Assembly (NCBI GenBank): GCA_963663225.1
Contig: OY760142.1
Span: 768,001 to 832,000 of the forward strand
Reading direction: 5' to 3'
Source: Nitrospirota bacterium
Lineage (GTDB): Bacteria > Nitrospirota > UBA9217
Length of the DNA stretch: 64,000 nt
In this document: positions 9,933-19,093 of the stretch, one piece after another
How the letters are laid out: every line of letters starts with the position of its first letter
Position numbering within the stretch: position 1 is the stretch's first letter
Position numbers and translations under genes: made by a program
The notes under the pieces: generated by a model
The model's database searches: none
The model's input: only the letters and a program-made list of their open reading frames with translations
Told to the model about the DNA's origin: nothing

Positions 9933-10103
9933 CTACCAGCAGAAAACCTTGTCCGCGGCAAACACCTTTGCGACAAGTTCATCGTAGGACACCGGCTTTT
10001 GGCAGAGCTCGATGATCGTCACGTCATTGCCGGTTCTCATGAGTTCTATGATTTTCTTTGTGCTGGCATCTGCTTCTTCTTTTATGATATGCAGTATTTT
10101 CAC
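9933..10103 (-). CDS. Small DsrH/TusB-like protein, 56 aa, missing from the ORF track
   Basis: Hand translation from GTG: MKILHIIKEEADASTKKIIELMRTGNDVTIIELCQKPVSYDELVAKVFAADKVFCW; LH near the N-terminus and YxELV...DKVxxW C-terminus; starts 14 nt after the preceding gene. Confidence 0.75.
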   Translation of the reverse strand: MKILHIIKEEADASTKKIIELMRTGNDVTIIELCQKPVSYDELVAKVFAADKVFCW

Positions 10104-10117
10104 GCCGAATCTCTTTC

Positions 10118-10396
10118 TTAATAGGGAACAACCATATCGTACTGCGGCAATGCCTTCGCCATCTGCTCCAGAGTCACTGCCGTATAGTTATTGGCCGGAT
10201 TGTTTGAGTATATCTTCAATTCAAGCTCGGCTATCATCTCCAGCGGACTTGCGACGGCGGGATTGTCCTTGTCGAGCACGCGTTCAAGGATATAAATGTC
10301 GACCAGGTCGCCCGCAAGCATAAGCCCGCAGGCCACCCGAAGGGCCTCGTCCTGGCGGTCGCGCACAATGACTGCAAACTTTTTCGTATCGTTCAT
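10118..10396 (-). CDS. DsrF/TusC-like small protein
   Basis: EALRVACGL motif and terminal YDMVVPY; lies between DsrE-like and DsrH-like genes. Confidence 0.65.
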   Translation of the reverse strand: MNDTKKFAVIVRDRQDEALRVACGLMLAGDLVDIYILERVLDKDNPAVASPLEMIAELELKIYSNNPANNYTAVTLEQMAKALPQYDMVVPY

Positions 10397-10447
10397 TCTT
10401 CCTGTCCTTTTTTCATTTCGCCGGCGTCGGGAGCCGCTTTCCGTAAT

Positions 10448-10753
10448 TTAGAACACCAAAACCCGGGTGCTTTTGTGCATCATCAAAGCATTGTCAAATT
10501 GACTGCCGTAAAAAATTCCTTTCGCCTTTTCCTGAATGCCCTTTTGTTTGCGATTATGATCGCAGCAGGAAATTCTTACTTCAGGGAGCGCCAGCAGGTC
10601 AAGCATCTGCGGGTCCTGCGTAAACCGCACTGCTTCATCGGTAAGGAAAATCTGCACGGCATGACCAGCCGTTTGCGCGGCCTTCACAACACCGGTAATG
10701 TGATCGATATTTTTGTGCTTTGTAACCATGATGCCCAGCAACTTTTTTTCCAT
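10448..10753 (-). CDS. DsrE/TusD family protein
   Basis: GHAVQIFLTDEAV, conserved Cys region SCCDHN, terminal RVLVF. Confidence 0.8.
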   Translation of the reverse strand: MEKKLLGIMVTKHKNIDHITGVVKAAQTAGHAVQIFLTDEAVRFTQDPQMLDLLALPEVRISCCDHNRKQKGIQEKAKGIFYGSQFDNALMMHKSTRVLVF

Positions 10754-10816
10754 AGGTCTCGTTTCCGCGTCCGCTCACGCTGCTACAGCCGGTTGTATTC
10801 AATCTGCATGCACTGC

Positions 10817-12193
10817 TCATTCATAGACGATAGTGGGTGTTATAAAAACCATGATCTCGTCCTGCGTCTCCGTCTTGCTTACCTCTTTGAACAGCCAGCC
10901 GAGCACGGGAATTTTCGACAAGAATGGAACGCTGGCCTCTGACTGCGATTCGTTCTTGGTAAGAATTCCGCCGAGCACGACTGTCTCACCGTTGTTCACG
11001 ACCAGCTGCGCGTCAGCAGAGCGTTTTATTATGGTCGGGAGGCCGTCCACCGTCTGCGAATAATTTGGTTCTGATTTTTCGATTTTAATGATCATCGCAA
11101 TCCGGTCGTCGTTCGTAATCGTCGGCGTCGCCGACAGGGCAAGGTTGGCGGATATGGTCTGCACCGCCACGGTGTTCGTGCTGGTGACCGCTGTGGCACT
11201 CACGATTTTAATGGGAATATCGGTGCCGCTCGATATTTTTGCTTCCTTATTGTTCATGGTCAGCACCTTCGGGCTTGAAAGTATTTTGCCGTTGCCCGTG
11301 GTCTGCATGGCGGACAGCTGAAGGTCGAGCGCAAGTTTCCCGCCCATCAGCCTGGTGAAGGTAAGACCGAGTGCTCCGCCCGCGCCTGCCGCCACTGCGG
11401 CTGGAAGATTCACAACATAGGCATTGCCGCTTCTGCCGATATCGCCAAGCTGGGGATAGAACGTCGTGTTGCCGATTGCGGGTATCGTGGTGGTCGAGGA
11501 AGTGCCGCTGCTTGAACTGCTCGTGACGCCCGTGGCCCCTCCGGACACGATCGTATTTCCGCCCGTGTATTGCCCGCCCCATTGTACGCCGAGGTCTCTG
11601 GCATAGTTGCTGGACACTTCTACGATCTTAGCCTCGATCAGCACCTGCGGAATGCGCCTGTCGAGGTTCTTCAGGAGACGCTCCATCCGGTCAATGTTGA
11701 GCGACAGGTCCTTGACCACCAGAGAATTGGTCCGCGTGTCCACGGACACTTTTGCCTTGTCGCTCTTCACTTTTTCCGCCACCGCAAGCGCTTCTTTGCC
11801 GTTTGCGTATCCCAAAGGGAAAACGCGCAGCTCGAGGTCCTCATCGCGCGCTTCGGCGGCCGCAAGCACGCGCACGATTTTTCCTTCCCGGACATAGGTG
11901 AGGCCCTTGGTCTTGAGTATCCCCTCAAGGGCGTCCCAGATGTTCACGTCCTTGAGGCTCATGGAAACCTGTCCGATTACCGCGTCACTGACGATCAGGT
12001 TCATGTTTGCCGCCTGCCCGACGGCCCTGAGTACATCCTTGATGCTGGCGTCACGAAACTCCATGGAAAAGAGAGGCCCTGATTTTGCCGTTTCAATTGC
12101 CCCGGCATTTGCTGCGCCGTTCGCGGCGACCCAAACCAGCGCCCAGACGCAGGCAGCAATGCGGATGCTCAGTTTAAGCGAATAGGAACGCAT
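10817..12193 (-). CDS. pilQ: Type IV pilus secretin (short PilQ/MshL type)
   Basis: QVLIEAKIVEV, KILSSPKV, GETVVLGG, VPFLSKIPVLGWLF and FITPTIV secretin motifs. Confidence 0.92.
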   Translation of the reverse strand: MRSYSLKLSIRIAACVWALVWVAANGAANAGAIETAKSGPLFSMEFRDASIKDVLRAVGQAANMNLIVSDAVIGQVSMSLKDVNIWDALEGILKTKGLTYVREGKIVRVLAAAEARDEDLELRVFPLGYANGKEALAVAEKVKSDKAKVSVDTRTNSLVVKDLSLNIDRMERLLKNLDRRIPQVLIEAKIVEVSSNYARDLGVQWGGQYTGGNTIVSGGATGVTSSSSSGTSSTTTIPAIGNTTFYPQLGDIGRSGNAYVVNLPAAVAAGAGGALGLTFTRLMGGKLALDLQLSAMQTTGNGKILSSPKVLTMNNKEAKISSGTDIPIKIVSATAVTSTNTVAVQTISANLALSATPTITNDDRIAMIIKIEKSEPNYSQTVDGLPTIIKRSADAQLVVNNGETVVLGGILTKNESQSEASVPFLSKIPVLGWLFKEVSKTETQDEIMVFITPTIVYE

Positions 12194-12205
12194 CGATATT
12201 TCCTC

Positions 12206-12667
12206 CTACTTTCGGAACGAAAAATCCTCCAGAAAAACTTCTTCGCGGGTGCCCGCACGGTTCATGAGCACAATGCTTCGGCTGCGGATGCTTATTAGTT
12301 TTTGTTCGCCGATTACACTGCCCTCTTTGTACGCTTCTCCGTTGATAATGGCGAGGCGCACCGTACCGCCGGAAATGATGCCGCTCAGTCCGCCTTCTCG
12401 TCCTCGGTCTGCAGACGGTGCAGCCGACTGCGTCTTCCCGGCAAAGGGTCTGTTAAACGGGTCCCTGCCCCAGTCCGCATCCTGAGAAGCTGCTTCCTGC
12501 GCTGCCGACCTCGGACCGGCGGTAAAAAATGGATCCCGCTCCGCGTCCGCCGCTTTTGCCAAGGCTGGAAGCAAGCAGTCCAGCAGAAGCAGGGCCACCA
12601 GCACCAGCATGGTGCCTATCATGCTGGTGCTGTGGAATCGGATCCTATGGGCAAAGAATAGTTGCAT
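12206..12667 (-). CDS. MshK/PilP-like pilus assembly protein
   Basis: RDPF repeats and LSGII...LAIING motif; position before the secretin. Confidence 0.7.
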   Translation of the reverse strand: MQLFFAHRIRFHSTSMIGTMLVLVALLLLDCLLPALAKAADAERDPFFTAGPRSAAQEAASQDADWGRDPFNRPFAGKTQSAAPSADRGREGGLSGIISGGTVRLAIINGEAYKEGSVIGEQKLISIRSRSIVLMNRAGTREEVFLEDFSFRK

Positions 12668-12722
12668 TTTGTCCTGTGTTTTTGCAGGCTAAAACGGAGC
12701 CTTTTTTTCCCGTCGTGTTGTG

Positions 12723-13295
12723 CTACTTCGCCATGTACGTTACCGCTTCAAGCTGCGTAGCGCATGCGGATGATGAGTCCGGACACGCCTCAACCCGGAT
12801 TTTACGTATATTCACGATCTGCGAAAGGTTCTCAAGCTGTTTAAAGTAGTGGGCCAGGTCCCGATATCGCCCCTTCAGATCGAGGTTCATGGAAACCTCT
12901 TTATATTTTTCCTTGTCAATCTCCTGGGCGGGATGTACGGAAAGCAGATTTATCCCCTCCCGCTTCGCTTCTGCCGAAATGCCTTCAAGAAACAGGACAA
13001 CCCCTTTCTGATCAACAAGGTCCCAGCCGGCAATCCCCATCTTGGCTCCGGCCTTTATTTCAGCTTCACGGGCCTTCATATCCGCAATCTGCACGGAAAG
13101 AGCGAGTATTTCCTTGTTTGCCGTTTCGATGTTTGCTTTGAGCGTATTCGCATATTTTTCGAGAAGCAGGTACGGCACTTGATACAACAGCGCCCCGACA
13201 AGCACGAAGGCGGTTATGGTCACGATCACGTGCTCGCGCTTTGAAAGCTTCCATCGTCCAGCATCCGCAGCCGCATCTGTACGAGGCTCTGTCAT
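12723..13295 (-). CDS. pilO: PilO/MshJ-like protein
   Basis: Single TM helix, coiled coil, GRYRDLAHYFKQLENL motif. Confidence 0.82.
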   Translation of the reverse strand: MTEPRTDAAADAGRWKLSKREHVIVTITAFVLVGALLYQVPYLLLEKYANTLKANIETANKEILALSVQIADMKAREAEIKAGAKMGIAGWDLVDQKGVVLFLEGISAEAKREGINLLSVHPAQEIDKEKYKEVSMNLDLKGRYRDLAHYFKQLENLSQIVNIRKIRVEACPDSSSACATQLEAVTYMAK

Positions 13296-13867
13296 CACTG
13301 GGTCCCCTTCATTTTTTTAACGCCGCTGACTATTTCAAAACCGATGACTTCCTGCCCCTGGAGCGCGGTTTTTTGCGCGAATATCAGCTGGGGTTTTTCA
13401 AAATAAGGCGACTTCTCCATGGCCTGCATAAATTCGCTGACCGTCCGGTAGGTGAGCGCGCCGCCTCTGATCTTTATTTCAGCTTTGCCGGCGGCACTGC
13501 CTTCGAGATTGTCAAACCACAAACCTCTCGGGACGATAAGGGAAAATTGCTTGAACACTTCCGACCACAGCACCCGCTCGCTCAGAAGATTCTGAATCAG
13601 CCATGCTTTTTCTGGGCTCGTGCCTGCAGGAAGGGCAATGCCGAAATCCTGATACATGAATGCCAGCTGCTGCTGAAGCGTTTGCTTCTTTGCAGCGAGT
13701 GAGCGCTCGCTGGAGCGCAAATCCGATATGTGCTTCGCCTGCCAGCCGAATACCACGAGCCACGCCAGGATAAACAGTCCGGCACCGATGGTTATCCTGC
13801 TGAAGGTCCGCTTTGCCTTTTTCTTCTCAGGAGGCAGCAGATTAATATAATCTTTCTTTCTTTTCAT
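13295..13867 (-). CDS. pilN: PilN domain protein
   Basis: INLLP motif, TM helix, VPRGLWF, MEKSPYF; true start likely ATG 13867. Confidence 0.88.
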   Translation of the reverse strand: MKRKKDYINLLPPEKKKAKRTFSRITIGAGLFILAWLVVFGWQAKHISDLRSSERSLAAKKQTLQQQLAFMYQDFGIALPAGTSPEKAWLIQNLLSERVLWSEVFKQFSLIVPRGLWFDNLEGSAAGKAEIKIRGGALTYRTVSEFMQAMEKSPYFEKPQLIFAQKTALQGQEVIGFEIVSGVKKMKGTQ

Positions 13868-13970
13868 AATGTACCTATTGCTAAACTCCCGCCGGAAGGA
13901 ACGGCCGCTGCCCGATGACATCAGACGTATTGCTGCACGTATTTGTCCGGTCAACGGAATCGAATCTACA

Positions 13971-14996
13971 TTACACCTTCCGCAATGCCAGCCCGACGGC
14001 GGCTGAAAACCGGGGCGCCAGAGGGCCATATTCTTGCAGCAGATTTTTTCCGGCCGTCAACCCTTCAAAAGGCTGGTCGAGCTCCACTACGCCTTCGAGT
14101 GATTGATGAAAATATTCCCTAAGTCCCTGCATGAGTGAGACGCCGCCGGTAAGAAGAGTATCGTCAACGCGTTGTTCTCTGAAGGTGGTCTTGTAATAAT
14201 CCACCGATCGCCGGATCTCCATGAGCAGGCCATCGAGCACGGTCCTGACTGCTGCAGAGGCCTGATCAGGCTCCGGAAGCGTGAGCATATTCCGCGTACG
14301 CTTCATGTTTTCAGCCTCCTGCAGTCCGATGTCAAGCGCCTCTGATATTGCCTTGCTCATGGCATATCCGCCGGTTTCCAGACAGCGGCTGAACCGGAGG
14401 ACGCCGCCCCTGAAGATATCGATCTCCGTCTTGCCGGCTCCCAAATCCACCACCACCGTGTTCGCATCGGACGGTTTTTCGAGCAGGTGAAAAACATTGC
14501 GGAGCGCAAGCGCATTTGCATCCACCGCACTTACGGTAACGTTCGCTTCCTGCAAAGGAGCAAGATGCGCATGGACCTGGTTTCGTTCGGCAGCCACCAT
14601 AACGATGTCATACTTGAGGCTCGCTCCCTCCCTGCGTTCCCCGACAACCAGGTACTCGACCAGGGCGGTGTCAAGCGGATACGAAATATGCCGTTTTGCC
14701 TCCCATCGCACAGCTTCGCCTAACTCCGAAAGCGGCATCTTAGGCAGCGTGAAAGAGCGGATAGTAAGGTCTCTTCCCGGCATTTGTGTAATGACATAGT
14801 TGCTGCCGATTTTCTTTTCAGCCAGAAAACGCTTGATATGCCCGGCAATGGTTGTGCTGTCCGCCTCAACCGGGAGGTCCATAATTCCCGCGGAGATCAG
14901 CTTTGGGCGCTTGCCGCTCTGCGCCATACGCACCACCTTGATGCTTCCGGCGCCGATATCTATTCCGGTAATTTCATTCGAACTGAAAATTCCCAT
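13971..14996 (-). CDS. pilM: Type IV pilus assembly protein PilM
   Basis: GIDIGAGSIKVV, VDLGA, LTGG and AVGLALR actin-like motifs. Confidence 0.92.
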   Translation of the reverse strand: MGIFSSNEITGIDIGAGSIKVVRMAQSGKRPKLISAGIMDLPVEADSTTIAGHIKRFLAEKKIGSNYVITQMPGRDLTIRSFTLPKMPLSELGEAVRWEAKRHISYPLDTALVEYLVVGERREGASLKYDIVMVAAERNQVHAHLAPLQEANVTVSAVDANALALRNVFHLLEKPSDANTVVVDLGAGKTEIDIFRGGVLRFSRCLETGGYAMSKAISEALDIGLQEAENMKRTRNMLTLPEPDQASAAVRTVLDGLLMEIRRSVDYYKTTFREQRVDDTLLTGGVSLMQGLREYFHQSLEGVVELDQPFEGLTAGKNLLQEYGPLAPRFSAAVGLALRKV

Positions 14997-15060
14997 AAAG
15001 AAAACCACCCCTGCAGGGTTCACTGCCGACGAACAAAAGATTCAGTCAATACAACACACA

Positions 15061-15321
15061 TCAGCTTTCTGTTTGCGGTTCATTCGGCGCTTTGCCGCCT
15101 TTTTGCTCTTCTCTCGCCATGTGATAAGCAACCTTATGCTTGAAACCTTGCTGCAGGTATTTCCAAATCAGTTTCACCAGTTCAAAATCCTGTTTGCTGA
15201 ACTCACGAGACTCAAGGTCTCCCATGGGTATCCGCTTTGGCTTGACATACCCTTTTTGCTCAAGATAATAAAGTTTATGCCTCGGGATATGGAGGTTGTT
15301 TATGATTTCAGATGTTTTCAT
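15061..15321 (-). CDS. Small MerR-type HTH DNA-binding protein
   Basis: IPRHKLYYLEQKGYVKP..R.FS..D..L...QGF pattern with no effector domain. Confidence 0.75.
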   Translation of the reverse strand: MKTSEIINNLHIPRHKLYYLEQKGYVKPKRIPMGDLESREFSKQDFELVKLIWKYLQQGFKHKVAYHMAREEQKGGKAPNEPQTES

Positions 15322-15402
15322 ACTGCTTCTCCATGGATGACTAGTATAAAAATAAGGTTAAATCTAAGTTTAGGTTTATTTTTCTATAGATTATTATATT
15401 GT

Positions 15403-15431
15403 AAAATATATATTTTTTGCGCTTTTGTCAA
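15403..15431 (-). promoter_or_regulatory. Putative sigma70 promoter for the MerR-pilMNO-secretin unit
   Basis: Minus strand TTGACA-17 nt-TATTTT in an AT-rich gap. Confidence 0.5.
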
Positions 15432-15556
15432 GCTATTTTAGCGGAGCCTGATCCAGTAGTATTCAGAGAACCCAACGACAGGAAGCTCCTGACAATGCAG
15501 TGTGAAATCTCCCGGATACAGGAAAAAAAATAAACCGCATGGGTAGGGGAGGATAT

Positions 15557-17344
15557 CTACTGTCTGCTGAAAATTGATATTGAACTGTTGTTGCTCAGGT
15601 GGACAGCCACCATGTCCGTGTCTGCGCGGATCGGTTCGAGTCCTGCCGCGGAGTCAGACTGAGACTGCCAGTTGTACGTGGGATTTGCCGGAGCATTGGA
15701 ATGATAGAGCAGAAGACCGGAAGCATAATCATCATTTGTTATGGATCCCTGCAGATAGATGGGCACCACGTTGGATGAAGGCGTTATCCCTCCTCCGCCG
15801 TATACCAGGCGATCCGTCAAAACATTCCGGTTATACCAGTCATAATTCATGGTCTGCGTTGCCGAGATGACGACATTATTTCCCGCGTCAAACGTTGTCG
15901 ACAGACTGCCGAGTGTTGCAGCTGTTGCCGAAAGATCAACTGTTCCGGTTGAAAGATACGAAAACGAAAGCCCCTGCAGAACCATAATGCTCACCGATCC
16001 GTTTATCGAATTCATTCGGGAAGCCCGTCCGGTGACGGTATAGGTCTGGTTTGCTGCACCGCTGTCGGTTGCGATCAGCAGATACCCGGTCCCTCTCTTG
16101 GCATTGTCCCGGGATTCCAGATCAATATCAAAGGCGTTATAGTTCAGCGATGTTCCCGTGCCGCCGCCTTTTCTCAGAATTAAATCACCGGCATCGATAG
16201 TTCTGCTGTTTGTCGTGGTCTGGTCCAGCTGCACCGCAGCAAGCACGATATTGTTCCCGGCAGGCAGTCCGGTCGCATGGCTCGCCAGGACAGCGCCGCT
16301 GGCATTTGTTGTTAATTGAATATTGCCGTCGCTGTCGTTGCTGCTATAGGAATACGGCACGTTGTTCAAAACTACCATCTTCACCTTTGCGTAAATACGA
16401 TTACTCGCCGTTGCCTGCGCCACCAGATTGTAGGTGGGAGAAGCGGGCGCACCAGTGTGCCGGTACAGGAAAAAATGCGTTTTTTGTGCAAAGATATTGT
16501 CTGTGTCATACAGCGTACCGGCGTTGGTGCTCGGCCCGGTTACGCGTATAAGGCTTTTGGTCGAATCCAGGACCGTGGTGTCGTATCTCAACTGGAGGTT
16601 TCCCGCATTGATATCAGCAGCAGTGTTGGTAACGTTCTGAAACGTCACTATGGCAATAATCAAATTGTTCCCGGCAGCAAGCGTGGTTGCCAAACTGGCG
16701 ATGCTGGTCGTGGCCGTGCTGACTAATGTAAGCGGGCCGTCAAACGATGTTGCCGAGGACGATGGTGACGGAGGAGTTCCCTGAACAGAAGCAGCTGCCG
16801 TCCTTTGAGCCGTTCCAACGTTCCCTGCGGAAAGGATATTGCATTGGCTCTGGCTCACGGACGAGGAAACAGCATGCGTTGCTGCCGTAGTGCCGCCGGC
16901 CCCTCTTTGCACATTGACAAAATTATTGCCCGAAATGCCGCCGTACCACATAGCTTCACTCTCGATAGTGATTCTTCCCTGCGGTGCATACCCCGCTGTA
17001 GAAATCACCGGGATGGTGGCTGAAGTCGCGGTGATGTTTGCGGTAAGAACGGTTGCGGCCGGGGAATAGAGCGTGCTGGTCACGGTAAAAGACCCTCGTC
17101 CCAGAAAGACATTGCTATTTGCGAGTGCGGTGCAGACCGTCCCGCTTTTAAACTGATACAGCGCGAACTCAATCCCCCCTTCGGCCACATCCAAAGCCTG
17201 CGCAGACAGCAGATCATTCGTGGCGGTAACGCTGCTGGTTGTAACCATGGATATAAACATCATGCCCATGAATGCAAGAATGACAATGATGAATACTGCC
17301 GCGATAAGCGAGACGCCGTGCTGATCCTTTATGGTACAGCGCAT
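15557..17344 (-). CDS. Large PilX/MshP-like minor pilin, putative tip adhesin
   Basis: G|VSLIAAVFII cleavage site lacking E5, AxxxAEGG motif, long Thr/Ala/Asn-rich beta region with three repeats; AAGGAG RBS. Confidence 0.82.
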   Translation of the reverse strand: MRCTIKDQHGVSLIAAVFIIVILAFMGMMFISMVTTSSVTATNDLLSAQALDVAEGGIEFALYQFKSGTVCTALANSNVFLGRGSFTVTSTLYSPAATVLTANITATSATIPVISTAGYAPQGRITIESEAMWYGGISGNNFVNVQRGAGGTTAATHAVSSSVSQSQCNILSAGNVGTAQRTAAASVQGTPPSPSSSATSFDGPLTLVSTATTSIASLATTLAAGNNLIIAIVTFQNVTNTAADINAGNLQLRYDTTVLDSTKSLIRVTGPSTNAGTLYDTDNIFAQKTHFFLYRHTGAPASPTYNLVAQATASNRIYAKVKMVVLNNVPYSYSSNDSDGNIQLTTNASGAVLASHATGLPAGNNIVLAAVQLDQTTTNSRTIDAGDLILRKGGGTGTSLNYNAFDIDLESRDNAKRGTGYLLIATDSGAANQTYTVTGRASRMNSINGSVSIMVLQGLSFSYLSTGTVDLSATAATLGSLSTTFDAGNNVVISATQTMNYDWYNRNVLTDRLVYGGGGITPSSNVVPIYLQGSITNDDYASGLLLYHSNAPANPTYNWQSQSDSAAGLEPIRADTDMVAVHLSNNSSISIFSRQ

Positions 17345-17354
17345 TCCTGACTCC

Positions 17355-17936
17355 TTACTGCAAATTTCTCGGGTGCACCCGTGTGTGCATGGCAAGGGAC
17401 TCCGTCCCCTGCTGAACAGTCAGATCGACGGCTACAAACCAAAGTGTTGCCGCCGTCGCCGCGGTACTTCCGTCCTGCTGGAGATATGCAAATGTCAGAG
17501 AGGTCACTCCGTTTGCGAGCGGCTGCCACGTGGCTCCATTATCCTCGGTGCGTTCTATGCTGTTCCCGTTGAGACGGAAGCCCATTTGGCTTCCTTGAAG
17601 GTTTATATACTGGAAGTTGTTTGCGGTCATAATCGGAACGTCCGCGGCCGTTCTGCTTCGCAGCAGCCTGATTTCCCGCGTCATGCGCTCCATCGCGAGC
17701 CGTGATTGATAGTGCAGAGCGCTCCGCTGGTCTTCGGCAGCGTATCCCCGTACTCCCTGCAGGATTATCAGAGCGGCTATGCCTGCAATAATAGCGATAA
17801 TCACGATCACAATGACGACCTCGATAAGCGTGAAGCCTTTTGATCTCAGAGGCGTCAAACCGCGCGATAACGCGGGCCGTGGGTCGGAGACCGGAGCTCC
17901 GGACTTGCGGGATTTGCTTCTTTTTACGGTTATCAT
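17355..17936 (-). CDS. Minor pilin (MshO/PilW-like)
   Basis: G|FTLIEV methylation motif and AMERMTREIR; start codon uncertain. Confidence 0.85.
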   Translation of the reverse strand: MITVKRSKSRKSGAPVSDPRPALSRGLTPLRSKGFTLIEVVIVIVIIAIIAGIAALIILQGVRGYAAEDQRSALHYQSRLAMERMTREIRLLRSRTAADVPIMTANNFQYINLQGSQMGFRLNGNSIERTEDNGATWQPLANGVTSLTFAYLQQDGSTAATAATLWFVAVDLTVQQGTESLAMHTRVHPRNLQ

Positions 17937-17952
17937 AGGCTGATCCGTCACG

Positions 17953-18417
17953 CTAATAGTTTGCCACAATTGATTCTGAAGTAATCGTGCCAATGGCGGC
18001 ATTCGTTACCGACACTGTTATATGCGCGTACCCTGTTGTGCAGGGCGGCGAGCCTACATTCGTGTTCAAATCTCCGGAGGTGACGCAATAAATTGAGACG
18101 GAACGGCTAAATGCCGAAAAACCCGGAACCGTAATAGGATTCTCCGCTGGATAGTTCGCGGGAATTATCCAGGAGAATCCCCGCGCCGTGTTCTGCCGGT
18201 CGCCCATGATGATTTCCATCTTCTCCCTCACAAGAAGATTTGCCTGGGCCACCACGAGCGGATTCGCACCGGTTCGCATACTGTTCGAAAACACCGACAT
18301 CACGCCGATCCCGGCAATGGCAAGAACAACAATCGTGATAATAAGCTCTATGAGGGTGAAACCACCCTCGTTGCTTTCGACATTCCGCAATCTGTATCCC
18401 CTATTCAGAGAATTCAA
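17953..18417 (-). CDS. Minor pilin (MshD/PilV-like)
   Basis: GG|FTLIEL motif. Confidence 0.85.
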   Translation of the reverse strand: MNSLNRGYRLRNVESNEGGFTLIELIITIVVLAIAGIGVMSVFSNSMRTGANPLVVAQANLLVREKMEIIMGDRQNTARGFSWIIPANYPAENPITVPGFSAFSRSVSIYCVTSGDLNTNVGSPPCTTGYAHITVSVTNAAIGTITSESIVANY

Positions 18418-18983
18418 TTCACCGCTCCGGTCTGCGCTGTAACAACAATGGTGCTCACCGCAGTCCCGTTTCCATTTACCACAATGGACATTCCGGCTGC
18501 GGCAGCGGAACAGCTTCCCAGACTGCCGCCGCAGTTGAACGGTCGTCCGAGTGTATCATACTCAAGGCATGTCATAGTAGGCGCTATGGAAATGCCCGCA
18601 AAGCTTCCCGCGTTCAGAGTGACGGTCAAGTTCCCGTATGACGCGGGGTCGGTTAGTGCAGTAAAAGCACTGCAATTCCCAAGGATGCTGCTGTCCTGAA
18701 CAGCGGCATACCCCGCGGCCGGAGCGGTGCCGGTTCCATTAAAGTATACTCTGGTCCGCCTGTTTCTTGCCATGGCAACATCCTGCACGTACCGTACATC
18801 CGCGCGAAACTTATCTGCAAATGCTCCGGCATTGGTGCTGGGTATGGTTCCCAGCCTCGGTGCGGCAAAGAAAGCGATGATTCCGATCAGAACAATGACC
18901 ATGATAAGTTCGATCAGCGTAAAGCCTTCATTCGCGCGTGTATTTCCTTCTGCTTTTATCATAAGCTGGAAATTATTCTTCAC
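18414..18983 (-). CDS. Minor pilin (MshC/FimT-like)
   Basis: G|FTLIEL, DVRYVQDVAM, YDTLGRP and terminal QTG motifs. Confidence 0.85.
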   Translation of the reverse strand: MKNNFQLMIKAEGNTRANEGFTLIELIMVIVLIGIIAFFAAPRLGTIPSTNAGAFADKFRADVRYVQDVAMARNRRTRVYFNGTGTAPAAGYAAVQDSSILGNCSAFTALTDPASYGNLTVTLNAGSFAGISIAPTMTCLEYDTLGRPFNCGGSLGSCSAAAAGMSIVVNGNGTAVSTIVVTAQTGAVN

Positions 18984-18995
18984 ACGATCGGTGAT

Positions 18996-19033
18996 AAAAA
19001 AACAAAAACCGCCCCATATATTTCAGGGCGGTT
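18996..19033 (-). terminator. Intrinsic terminator after the major pilin
   Basis: Minus strand AACCGCCC...GGGCGGTT followed by a U-tract. Confidence 0.7.
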
Positions 19034-19093
19034 AAAAAACAGTTATAAGATAAGATCGTTCACCTAAATCTCTTTTACCGAGCAGCCCGGCAG

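Noticed and set aside
17835-17936. 34-aa leader on the MshO-like prepilin containing the palindrome CCGGAGCTCCGG
   Set aside because: An alternative TTG start gives an ordinary 8-aa leader, so the anomaly may be a start-call issue.
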